This document shows positions 27,516 to 36,274 of a stretch of 64,000 nt of DNA, piece by piece. How positions within the stretch are numbered: the first letter of the stretch is position 1; each line of letters opens with the position of its first letter. Position numbers and translations under genes: made by a program. The DNA comes from an uncultured Myxococcota bacterium. GTDB lineage: Bacteria; Myxococcota_A; UBA796. Below the pieces are notes generated by a model. The model had not been told where the DNA came from and searched no databases. It saw only the letters and a program-made list of their open reading frames with translations. The DNA lies in the NCBI GenBank assembly GCA_965661985.1, contig CBFIFY010000003.1:29207-93206 (forward strand). Direction: 5' to 3'.

Positions 27516-28661
27516 GTGAGTGAAAACTTTTATCACCAATTGAAATCGTTCACATATTTTGAAGCATTCTCCGACGCTGAATTCTATTCTCCAGCCCCAT
27601 CAGATTGGTATGTGGTCATTACAGATGTACAGGGCAGCACAAAAGCCATTGAGGCAGGACGATACCAAGATGTCAACACCATTGGGGTCGCAGCGATTAC
27701 AGCACTCCAAAATATTCTCCCTTCATCAGACTTCCCATTTGTCTTTGGTGGAGATGGGATGTCCGCCTTACTACCTCCAGAGGTGCTGGAACAAGCAAAA
27801 GAAGAGTTGTCTGCATTGAGACTACTCTCAGAAAGTAAATACAATCTGAACCTACGAGTGGGCCTTGTGCAGCACTCCATCCTAGAAGCTGAAGGATCTC
27901 CAGTACTGGTTGCCAAGCATCAAATGCAGAACGGCCAACACTTGGCAATGTTCTCCGGTGGTGGATTGAGTTTGGCAGAAGACCTAATCAAGGGAGATAT
28001 TCAAAAGTATGGTGTTCCCGTTATGAACAAAACGTCAGTCAACCTTGAACGACTGTCCTGTCGATGGCAGCCAATTCCATCCACAAATGGGGTTATGCTG
28101 TCCATACTGGTTCAGGCTTTGGACAATACAGATTTACCCCCCGTTCAACGATATGAAGCCTTCAGTTCAGAACTCAACACCATTTTGGGGTCAATCCAAA
28201 AGCACAACCCCGTCAACTATGCGAACATGCGTCAGAAAAGTACACTGACCAATCTCAAAAACACCATCATACTCCATGCGGGCGATTGGAAGTCATTGCT
28301 AATATCCTTGTACTTTTCCATCATGTATCTGCTTCCGTGGAAAAGAAATAGTGACCGGTTGAAAGATTATGGTGAATCCATGCATCAACATTCTGATTAC
28401 TGGAAGTTTGATGACATGCTGCGAATGGTTTTGGACTGTACGCCAGAACAACATCTAGCGATTGAACAGCTCTGTATCGATTGGCAAGAGAAAGGCTGGA
28501 TTGTCTATGGAATACACACCTCCGACTCCGCATTGATGACTTGTCAGTTTGATGCATTTGCCGATGGAAAGCACATGCACTTCATCGATGGTGGGGACGG
28601 TGGATACGCCATGGCTGCAAAGGGACTCAAACTTCAACTCAAGTCTCTAAATGCAGTATAG
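27516..28661 (+). CDS. DUF3095 family protein with nucleotide-cyclase-like N-terminal motifs
   Basis: The length and N-terminus (FYHQLKSFTYFEAFSDAEFYSPAPSDWYVVITDVQGSTKAIEAGRYQDVNTIGVAAI...FVFGGDGMSALL) match my recollection of DUF3095. GTG 27516 sits 5 nt after GGAGG. Confidence 0.65.
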   Translation: MSENFYHQLKSFTYFEAFSDAEFYSPAPSDWYVVITDVQGSTKAIEAGRYQDVNTIGVAAITALQNILPSSDFPFVFGGDGMSALLPPEVLEQAKEELSALRLLSESKYNLNLRVGLVQHSILEAEGSPVLVAKHQMQNGQHLAMFSGGGLSLAEDLIKGDIQKYGVPVMNKTSVNLERLSCRWQPIPSTNGVMLSILVQALDNTDLPPVQRYEAFSSELNTILGSIQKHNPVNYANMRQKSTLTNLKNTIILHAGDWKSLLISLYFSIMYLLPWKRNSDRLKDYGESMHQHSDYWKFDDMLRMVLDCTPEQHLAIEQLCIDWQEKGWIVYGIHTSDSALMTCQFDAFADGKHMHFIDGGDGGYAMAAKGLKLQLKSLNAV

Positions 28662-28700
28662 TTTCGGTATCAAATCACTCGGTATATAGAAGAAGAGTGG

Positions 28701-29321
28701 ATGAATCAATCGAATTCACAATCCGCCACTGTCACAAATCAGCCGAATCGGTTAAAAGTAAATATACCACTGGAAGCACCGATGAAGCAAGAGTTTTACA
28801 ACCAAGATGATAAAGATGCCCACCCTTCAGAGAAAATGCCTGGTTTTGGTTTGGCTGCGTACGGATGTTTGCTCATCGCTTTCTTCATTGTCGGAATCAT
28901 TGGGATGATTTCAAGTACATCCTCGATGCTACAAGCAACGTATACTCGTCCGCCATTTTCGCTGTCGCCGGGAAACCAAGTGGAAGTCTGGCGCACTCAG
29001 CCTATGCGTGATGCCAAGTTGCTCAAACTAACGGAAATTCCGTTGTGGTATCACGACGAAGGCAGTACAGGTACGGAAGCCTGTGCCCTCTCCGAGAGCG
29101 CATTGTTGCGGATTGATGGCAGTGACGCTTGGAAAGTGCCCTACACGGCCATGGAATCGGTGAAAAGTTTCCGACAAGATGAAACGATGGTCGCCGTTGT
29201 CTCCACCACCGATGGTGAGAAAATCCACTGTCTATTCCTACCGGGAGAAGGCGTAGAACGGTTCACCCGCATCGTCAAAAAACTGATGGCGGAAGCGTCT
29301 GTGACCAATCCAACCCCATAA
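28701..29321 (+). CDS. hypothetical membrane-anchored protein
   Basis: 206 aa with one strong TM segment (FGLAAYGCLLIAFFIVGIIGMI) and a C-terminal ~120-aa globular domain. No family recognised. Confidence 0.55.
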   Translation: MNQSNSQSATVTNQPNRLKVNIPLEAPMKQEFYNQDDKDAHPSEKMPGFGLAAYGCLLIAFFIVGIIGMISSTSSMLQATYTRPPFSLSPGNQVEVWRTQPMRDAKLLKLTEIPLWYHDEGSTGTEACALSESALLRIDGSDAWKVPYTAMESVKSFRQDETMVAVVSTTDGEKIHCLFLPGEGVERFTRIVKKLMAEASVTNPTP

Positions 29322-29361
29322 ATCCAAAACAATCAATGGGTTTTATCTCGGGTCTAGCCCC

Positions 29362-30279
29362 TCACAATCGACGCAATTCCTGTTCAAGCACCTCAATCTT
29401 TCTTTGCATTCGAGGGTGACATTCTCCTGTCCATGCCAATCCACTGCCAAATCGAACCGCCAGTTTGTAATATCCAATGGCTTTGTCAGCCAAAATGCTC
29501 GCTTGCTGTCCTACCTCTGACGCAAATATATCACCTTGGGCTGGTGTAAAGTCACTGGGGGGTGGCAACATTCTCAATTCATCAAAGAACAGCACCATGG
29601 AATCGGCAAACGTTTCCAACCCAGTCAATACATACTCTGGCTCTTGCAATTGAATGATGACCTGAAGTTGGCGTTCCGCCTCAAGTATCCATTGAGCCCT
29701 CCGATCCATTTGGACTTTCAAATCATCGGTTGGCTCCAACGTTGTTTGACTGGCTTGGGACAAAAGATGGTTCACCAACGCCATCCGTGCACGTGCTTGC
29801 AACCAAGACCATTCTGTGGGTTGCTCCAATCTCTCCAAGGTTCGGTGAATGCGCTGGGTGCCACGGCGCACATCTCCAGATTCTATTTCAGCGGCACCCA
29901 AAGCGAGGTGGATGCCCCGCCTGTCCTGTCCACTGAGTTTGCGCCAGCGCAGTCGCTTTAAAGTTCGAATGGCTCGACGATGGTCACCCAAATTAGACTG
30001 CACGAGTGCACGTCGATAGGCGACATTCAAACCAAAATCTCCCGCCAATCTTCGGATGTACAATTCATTGTACACATCCAGTGCAGTTTCATATTGTCCT
30101 TGCAATTCAAGATTTCTTGCCCACTCAAAGCGCACTCTCGGATCGTCGTACTCTAATATCAATCGATCCAACTCGGTTTGCGCCTCTTCATATTGTCCTC
30201 GCCTCTGCAATGCGTAGACGGTCTCCATATTCATCTCTTGTGACCATGCAACCTGACACACCAACCACATCCAAACCAT
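29362..30279 (-). CDS. hypothetical exported TPR-like helical repeat protein
   Basis: ATG 30279 is preceded by GGGGA and gives the signal-like N-terminus MVWMWLVCQVAWS. TPR-like pairs are present (RRGQYEEAQTELDRLI, LQGQYETALDVYNEL). Confidence 0.55.
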   Translation of the reverse strand: MVWMWLVCQVAWSQEMNMETVYALQRRGQYEEAQTELDRLILEYDDPRVRFEWARNLELQGQYETALDVYNELYIRRLAGDFGLNVAYRRALVQSNLGDHRRAIRTLKRLRWRKLSGQDRRGIHLALGAAEIESGDVRRGTQRIHRTLERLEQPTEWSWLQARARMALVNHLLSQASQTTLEPTDDLKVQMDRRAQWILEAERQLQVIIQLQEPEYVLTGLETFADSMVLFFDELRMLPPPSDFTPAQGDIFASEVGQQASILADKAIGYYKLAVRFGSGLAWTGECHPRMQRKIEVLEQELRRL

Positions 30280-30591
30280 ATTGTCCCCTATACGTACTGT
30301 GTTGCACCCCATCTAAAGTAGACATGGTATCTGAACTTTGGTTCCATCTGCATTGTAATTCACAAAATTGACTGTGAAAACAATCCACGATGCTCTATAC
30401 TAAAAATGCTGCTGGGTGGGTGATTGTGTAAGTGGTGACCCCCGTGCGTCTATTCATAGGCTGATGGTACGACAGTTGGAGTCTGGCCCCGTTTGGAGAG
30501 CGACCAACACTGTTGTCCGATGACCCCATTGCTTTCAGTGGGGTTCAACATGAGACACACACCGCCACAGCGGCTTGTTTTCGGTCAACCG

Positions 30592-30675
30592 TTGACTCTA
30601 TCGAAGCATCTGCTAACCAATGAAATCCATAGAGTTGTCCATAGAGTTGACATAGAGTAGACCCGATAGAGTCAA
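30592..30675. repeat. iteron-like array: 12-bp perfect inverted repeat enclosing direct ATAGAGT repeats
   Basis: TTGACTCTATCG (30592-30603) and CGATAGAGTCAA (30664-30675) are exact reverse complements. TCCATAGAGTTG is duplicated in tandem (30626-30649), followed by ATAGAGTAG (30652) and ATAGAGTCA (30666). Confidence 0.85.
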
Positions 30676-30696
30676 GGAAATGATTGCGCTGGAGTC

Positions 30697-31698
30697 TTAG
30701 CGTTCAGCAACAACCTTCGAATCCAAGGCATTGATGATGGGACCAATGTCCGACAGAAATCCAACAACATCGCCAGATTGGATCTTGCGTCGATAGGTTC
30801 CGTGATATTGAACAGGGTCCAAGACACGATTGCCTTTGTTCAATTGATAATGCAAGTGGGGTGCCGTTGAGCGACCAGTGTTTCCAACCAGCCCAACAGG
30901 GTCACCAACCTTCACAGTCTGCCCTTCCTTGACGTTCACCTTTTCCAAATGTAAGTACTTCGCCAGTGTTCCATCGGAGAATTTCAGTTCAACACAATTT
31001 CCATTGTACCGAAAGTTTCCGAAATTCACTCGAGTAACTTTGGCACTTTTTGGGGCATAGGTTGGTGTTCCCACAGGGGCTTTCCAGTCCATGCCTTTGT
31101 GACCACGGCCATCTTTGAGCAATGACGTCACCTGCTCGTATTCACGAATGGGAGAATTTTTGAGTTGGTGATTGATTTCTGTACCGTCAATCATCCAATA
31201 ACTCGCGTAGGTATCCTTGGGTGCTTTCCAACGAAAGGCAGTAAAGGTTTTGTTGTATTTTTTGGAATGCAAACGAGCTCCTGCAATCTCAGGGTGTCCA
31301 TCCTCTCCGATTCGATATGCCAGTTCGATTTTGTCCCCTTTGCGCAAGTCCTTGGTGAGATCAAAATCCCAAACAAACAATCGAGTAAACACCATACTCA
31401 GCGCATCTGCATTTGGAATCCCAGCATTGGAGAACGTACGGGTCAACGAATGCGTGACACTGACGTGTACGATTGTCCAATCATCTGACAACACTTCTGG
31501 CATTTCTTGTTGTGGAACATCTTCTTGCGTGTTCTCCACAATCGCTTCTACTGTTTCTTCTGGAACAAGTTCTTCAACTTCATCACCAGCCAAGGTTGCC
31601 GTTTCGCTAGATGGACCATCCACAATGTGCAAAAGATTGAAGGCCAAAGAGCCACCCAAAATACCGTATACAATCCACTGTTGTTTTTCTGTCATCAC
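30697..31698 (-). CDS. M23 family metallopeptidase (LytM-like)
   Basis: HKGMDWKAPVGTPTYAP is the HxxxD motif, and GNTGRSTAPHLHYQL is the HxH motif. N-terminal TM anchor. Confidence 0.88.
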   Translation of the reverse strand: MMTEKQQWIVYGILGGSLAFNLLHIVDGPSSETATLAGDEVEELVPEETVEAIVENTQEDVPQQEMPEVLSDDWTIVHVSVTHSLTRTFSNAGIPNADALSMVFTRLFVWDFDLTKDLRKGDKIELAYRIGEDGHPEIAGARLHSKKYNKTFTAFRWKAPKDTYASYWMIDGTEINHQLKNSPIREYEQVTSLLKDGRGHKGMDWKAPVGTPTYAPKSAKVTRVNFGNFRYNGNCVELKFSDGTLAKYLHLEKVNVKEGQTVKVGDPVGLVGNTGRSTAPHLHYQLNKGNRVLDPVQYHGTYRRKIQSGDVVGFLSDIGPIINALDSKVVAER

Positions 31699-31809
31699 AA
31701 ATGCCTCAGATTAGAATAGAAAGATTCTCCTACTCAATGCTGATACCATTATGACATTTTTTATTGACGTGTCAAGAGTTTTGTTGAAAATTTACAGATG
31801 TTTGCCACC

Positions 31810-33075
31810 TTATTTAGCATGGGTATCCAGCGCGTCGGCAATGATGTTGATCATCTCTGGAATGCTTTCAATTGACACTGTGGAATAACTCACCCGAATT
31901 GCCTGCTCAGAAGGTACAGACACAACCCCAACCCCTTTTCCAAGCAAGTATTGACGCATTTCTTCAGCATCATTTGGGGTGCGAATCAATACGAAAAATG
32001 CTGAATTGAATGGGAAATATGGAACTTTCCGAGCATCCATAGAGCGTTTCAAAGTTTCATAGCGTCGACGCAACAATCCACGGATGTCCAACACTTCTTG
32101 GTCTAGACTGTCAGACTGCAATGCGCGTAGAACCATCGCTTGAGATGGGGAAGGAAGCGCTGAAACAGTCGAACGAATACTGGCGATGACTTTCTCTTCC
32201 AACACCGGTGCGACTTTGGAGCTGCACAAAAATGTTACAAATCCGATTCGTCCACCAAAGAAAAACAACTCTTTGGTTGCCCCATCGACTTTCACCACCA
32301 AAAACTGTTCTCGATTCAATCCAGCGAAGGCTTTTGCCACGCTACCCTGTACGGATTCTTCGTCCCATTCCATCCCTTTGTAGGCCTCATCCAATACGAT
32401 GACCAGTGGCTTGTCTGACGCTTCAATCACAGATACCAATTCAGAGATTTCTGCGGGTGTCGGTGTGTAGCCTACTGGGTTGCTTGGGATATTGAGAACC
32501 AAAACGCCCTTTTGCTGAACCTTTTGCAACTGCGCACGAATGCCATCGACATTGAACACCGAAGCACGAACGTCTTCAGCCTCTTTCATGACTGAATAAT
32601 TGTGGATTCTTCCCTGTGGACGCATACCGAAAATGACATCGTAATTGCCCCATCTTGGAGATGGAAGCAATACATCTGTGTTTGAGTCCACGAACAAGTC
32701 TGCACAAATGCTCAACCCGTGCGTCAATCCCATACAAGCTACGGGTAAAGACACTCCATCGACAGGCACTTCATCGGCAATGTGCTGTGCCCACGCTTGT
32801 CTCAGGTCTACGCGTCCACCTTGGGCTTGATAGAGAAAAGCTTCCTCTTCCGACAAACCAACAATGGTTTTCGACATCGACGGTAGAGGCAAAGCTTTGC
32901 CATCTTCACCTTTGAGTTCACCAATGGTTGCATTGAACGGACATCCTGCTTTCTTTGCTTGACCGGCTTGAACTGGAACGCCCTTTGGAAAGTACAAGCG
33001 TTTCCCCAAGTCAGTCATCACCTCAAACGCCGCTGGATGTTCTGCTTTAAGTATTGAATTCAGTTTTTCTTCCAT
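31810..33075 (-). CDS. PLP-dependent aminotransferase, class I/II fold
   Basis: 421 aa. Blocks LNIPSNPVGYTP, VIVLDEAYKGM and KVDGATKELFFFGGRIGF (Lys for the Schiff base) appear in the canonical order. Confidence 0.75.
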   Translation of the reverse strand: MEEKLNSILKAEHPAAFEVMTDLGKRLYFPKGVPVQAGQAKKAGCPFNATIGELKGEDGKALPLPSMSKTIVGLSEEEAFLYQAQGGRVDLRQAWAQHIADEVPVDGVSLPVACMGLTHGLSICADLFVDSNTDVLLPSPRWGNYDVIFGMRPQGRIHNYSVMKEAEDVRASVFNVDGIRAQLQKVQQKGVLVLNIPSNPVGYTPTPAEISELVSVIEASDKPLVIVLDEAYKGMEWDEESVQGSVAKAFAGLNREQFLVVKVDGATKELFFFGGRIGFVTFLCSSKVAPVLEEKVIASIRSTVSALPSPSQAMVLRALQSDSLDQEVLDIRGLLRRRYETLKRSMDARKVPYFPFNSAFFVLIRTPNDAEEMRQYLLGKGVGVVSVPSEQAIRVSYSTVSIESIPEMINIIADALDTHAK

Positions 33076-33124
33076 GCCTACCCTCTATCTCAAACACACT
33101 GTTCTTTCCAATTCCACAATGGGA

Positions 33125-33961
33125 TTACCAATATTTCACCATGACCCCTGGCAACCATACTGAAACGATGCTTTGAGCGTGAAACAACCAAATCAGCGTT
33201 GCCAATGCAAGAAAGGGACCAAAAGGCAATGCCATTTTCCAACCTTTGCCTTGTAACAACCCAATCGGAACACCTACACAGACTGCCAACACCGCGGATG
33301 CTAGAAATATGAATGGCAATGCCGGCCAAGGTCCCACCATCGCACCAATCAACAAGAGCAATTTTACATCGCCCCAACCCATCCCTTCATAGCGACGTAT
33401 CCACAACCACAACAGTGCGATTCCACCCAACGTACCACCACCAAAGAATGCACCCAACACCGAGTTTTGCCAACCGATTCCCAAGCTTGGGTTCATTTGC
33501 TCAAGCCCCCACATCCCCACAATCGCAACTGGGGCAGCATAAATGCTGAGCGAATCTGGGATGATGTAATATTTCAAATCGATGAAGGCTTCTGCGACCA
33601 GTGCTGAGATGAACGCAAAATACAACAAAAATGCAACCAAGTTTGCCCCTGTAAAATCCCACGTAGACACAAAGATGTGATCAAAGAGCAACAGCGCAAA
33701 CAACCCCATCATTAGTTCAATGGTGGGATACAAAGACGAAATCGATGTTTTGCAATCACGACACTTACCCAACAACCAAAACCACGCCAATATTGGCACA
33801 TTGTCATACGGGCGTACGGGATTGCCACAATGAGGACAGTGACTTCCCGGATGGACAATGCTGCGACCTTCAGGCAATCGACCGATGACTACGTTCAAAA
33901 ATGATCCAACCATCGCCCCAAAAACAAAAGCAAAAATGGCAAAAACAACAAAGGGGTTCAT
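33125..33961 (-). CDS. pilD: prepilin peptidase / N-methyltransferase (peptidase A24)
   Basis: GSFLNVVIGRLPEGRSIVHPGSHCPHCGNPVRPYDNVPILAWFWLLGKCRDCK is the Zn-Cys motif, followed by GMGWGDVKLL and multiple TM segments. Confidence 0.9.
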   Translation of the reverse strand: MNPFVVFAIFAFVFGAMVGSFLNVVIGRLPEGRSIVHPGSHCPHCGNPVRPYDNVPILAWFWLLGKCRDCKTSISSLYPTIELMMGLFALLLFDHIFVSTWDFTGANLVAFLLYFAFISALVAEAFIDLKYYIIPDSLSIYAAPVAIVGMWGLEQMNPSLGIGWQNSVLGAFFGGGTLGGIALLWLWIRRYEGMGWGDVKLLLLIGAMVGPWPALPFIFLASAVLAVCVGVPIGLLQGKGWKMALPFGPFLALATLIWLFHAQSIVSVWLPGVMVKYW

Positions 33962-33977
33962 GGCTTCCTATCGGGGG

Positions 33978-34745
33978 CTATCGGATATCTTTTCGATTGA
34001 ACAACATGACTGCCAACAACAGTACCACAACCGAATAGACAATGCCATAGCCAGCTGCAGAACCGACTTGCCCCCACGGTACTGCTTGCTCATGAACCGA
34101 CAAATCTCGTAGGCTGAGAAGTTCAAAATTGGGCACCACCCAATAAATGAAATGTACAATTTGCTCAAGCAACATCGAATCCGATTTTGAACCAAGCAAC
34201 CACAAATCGTCTGCCAAATGCCCAATGGCGAAAATGGATATGGTGAATGCAGATGCTGTGGTGGGTGCGGAATAGGTTGAAAACAGTGTTGCCCACGCCG
34301 TCAACAGCATCAACTCTACAACCAACAATCCCATGGATACAAAAAATATGGGGTGCGGAAAGTCTTGCTGAAAGACCATCAACAACACATACATCGAAGA
34401 CAGCAACGCAATCTCTATCCAAATGGTCAAGTTCAACCCCACATACTTGCCCAATACAAACTGCCATCGTGGCATCGGCTTGGACAAGATCGTGTAGACC
34501 GTTTTCTTTTCCAACTCTTTCCAAATGATGGAAATACCCAAAAACATGGCGATCAGCGATGCAAAAAGGTCTATTCCACCTTCCGCAATCGAACGCACAA
34601 CCTTCTCTTGATCACCCAGTGTAACGTCCTTCAATACCAAAGATGCACAGACCGTCACCACTGCAAAAAAGAAAATGGAGTGCAACACGCGATCTCGTAC
34701 AGCCTCACGAAAGGTGTTGAGGGCAAGTGTCCAAATGACCATCAT
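33978..34745 (-). CDS. ABC-2 type transporter permease
   Basis: 255 aa with six hydrophobic segments. ATGA overlap with the upstream ABC ATPase gene. Confidence 0.7.
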   Translation of the reverse strand: MMVIWTLALNTFREAVRDRVLHSIFFFAVVTVCASLVLKDVTLGDQEKVVRSIAEGGIDLFASLIAMFLGISIIWKELEKKTVYTILSKPMPRWQFVLGKYVGLNLTIWIEIALLSSMYVLLMVFQQDFPHPIFFVSMGLLVVELMLLTAWATLFSTYSAPTTASAFTISIFAIGHLADDLWLLGSKSDSMLLEQIVHFIYWVVPNFELLSLRDLSVHEQAVPWGQVGSAAGYGIVYSVVVLLLAVMLFNRKDIR

Positions 34746-35761
34746 GCAAACACCCCCGTTTCTCCGTTTGGTCCTTCTCCTTCTCCTGGTCTTTGTCCTT
34801 GTGTTTGTCCTGTCCTGTGATCATCAGAGCCTTCATTGCCTTCTGCTTTGGACACAGCATCGACCAACAAATCTTCTAGCGACTTTCTAACGACGTGCAC
34901 ATCAACGATGGACACCTGATTCAGATTGTCTTTGAGGAAATGGGCAAAATCATCCTCCGCCAGCACCACTTCATACAATCCTCCTTTGGACTGTATTTCT
35001 ACCATCGACGGTACAGTCAAAGATTCCGTGGACGCACCATCCGACAACGTAAAGACACAGGTCATTTGTTTCTCGTTGGACACCACCAAATCTTCGATGC
35101 GACCTTGAACCTGAATCTGTCCACGCACCAAAATCGCCACCCGTTCACATATGCTTTCCACATCCGACAACACATGTGAACAAAAGAACACCGTTCTACC
35201 CGCTGCACGTTCCTCCAAGATAATGTCCCGCACCATTGCTCGACCAACTGGGTCCAACCCACTCATCGGCTCGTCCAACAAAATGACTTCTGGGTCGTGC
35301 AACAACGTCTGACACAGCCCTATTCTTTGCAACATACCTTTTGAATATTTCCCCAATGACACATCGGCAAAACGCGTCATATCGGTTCTCTTCAACAACT
35401 CTTGAATCCGACTGCGCAACACCGTTCCCTTCATTCCAAACAACGACCCACTCAAGGAAAGCACTTCATTGGCAGTGAGGTGGGTATAGAAATAGGGTCT
35501 CTCTGGCAAAAAACCCAAATGCTGACGAGATTGATGGTTTGTGCAGGGAACGCCATTGATAAAGGCCTCTCCGGACGTCGCATCCTGTAAACCCGCCAAA
35601 ATTTTGATGGTACTTGTTTTCCCTGCACCATTGGGTCCGACAAACCCAAAAGCCTCACCTTGAGAGACTTCTAAACTAATGCCTCGAACCGCTTCAAAAG
35701 AGGGTTTCCAAAAATCTGTGGTGTAGGTTTTTCGAAGGTCATGTAGACGAATGGCTGCCAT
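34742..35761 (-). CDS. ABC transporter ATP-binding protein
   Basis: Start set at MAAIRLHDL (ATG 35761). Walker A GPNGAGKTS, signature YSKGMLQR, Walker B ILLDEPMSGLD, H-loop FFCSH. Confidence 0.88.
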   Translation of the reverse strand: MAAIRLHDLRKTYTTDFWKPSFEAVRGISLEVSQGEAFGFVGPNGAGKTSTIKILAGLQDATSGEAFINGVPCTNHQSRQHLGFLPERPYFYTHLTANEVLSLSGSLFGMKGTVLRSRIQELLKRTDMTRFADVSLGKYSKGMLQRIGLCQTLLHDPEVILLDEPMSGLDPVGRAMVRDIILEERAAGRTVFFCSHVLSDVESICERVAILVRGQIQVQGRIEDLVVSNEKQMTCVFTLSDGASTESLTVPSMVEIQSKGGLYEVVLAEDDFAHFLKDNLNQVSIVDVHVVRKSLEDLLVDAVSKAEGNEGSDDHRTGQTQGQRPGEGEGPNGETGVFA

Positions 35762-36062
35762 TTTTCCGCTCCCACTCTGCTTTCCATTTGCGTGCTTCTG
35801 TTGCTGGTAAAGTCCCAGCCGAACGCCAATTACATCGTGTACACAAAGGACCACTGTCTTCAAAGCGCCCTTCAATCTGCGCAATTCGCCAAGCATTCAT
35901 CTCTTTCGAATTCCAAATTTCATGCAACGATTGCTCGGTTAGATTTCCAACTTTGTTGACCAAGTGCTCATCCAAGCAACATGTGGTCACGTCCCCATTG
36001 ACCTGTACCATTGGGGTCGACCACAAGCCTGCACACGGTGGACGTTTTTCAGACGGTGACAT
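35739..36062 (-). CDS. stand-alone SPASM/twitch-like Cys-rich domain protein (no radical-SAM core)
   Basis: PPCAGLWSTPMVQVNGDVTTCCLDEHLVNKVGNLTEQSLHEIWNS...GPLCTRCNW resembles the auxiliary-cluster C-terminus of rSAM/SPASM maturases. An alternative TTG start lies at 36113. In-frame stops at 36120 and 36132 exclude a longer N-terminus. Confidence 0.55.
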   Translation of the reverse strand: MSPSEKRPPCAGLWSTPMVQVNGDVTTCCLDEHLVNKVGNLTEQSLHEIWNSKEMNAWRIAQIEGRFEDSGPLCTRCNWRSAGTLPATEARKWKAEWERKNGSHSST

Positions 36063-36274
36063 TTTGACTCCAGATGTTGTTCCATCACAGCATAACCCTA
36101 GCAGAGAATTCAAGCACCTTCAACACCAAGTCTATGCTGTCCAACCCCTATTGTATACACTCTCCACTTTCAAAGAAGCCAAAGGTTGCAATGATCCCAG
36201 TCCGTTCAACAGTTTCAATGGATTCTTCGTACAAACACAGCCTTGAGACATTCGCAAAGCATTCGTGCCTTCAC

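Noticed and set aside
30385-30440. Possible fourth, diverged copy of the 44.2-kb repeat (shares ATCCAC...AAAAT...GCTGGGTG).
   Set aside because: Similarity is limited to a few short words with different spacing. It is not distinguishable from chance by eye.
36114-36134. In-frame TGA (36120-36122) just upstream of the SPASM-like ORF as a possible selenocysteine codon, given selA in the window.
   Set aside because: A TAG stop follows only four codons further upstream (36132-36134), and the intervening codons encode nothing recognisable. Read-through would not extend the protein meaningfully.
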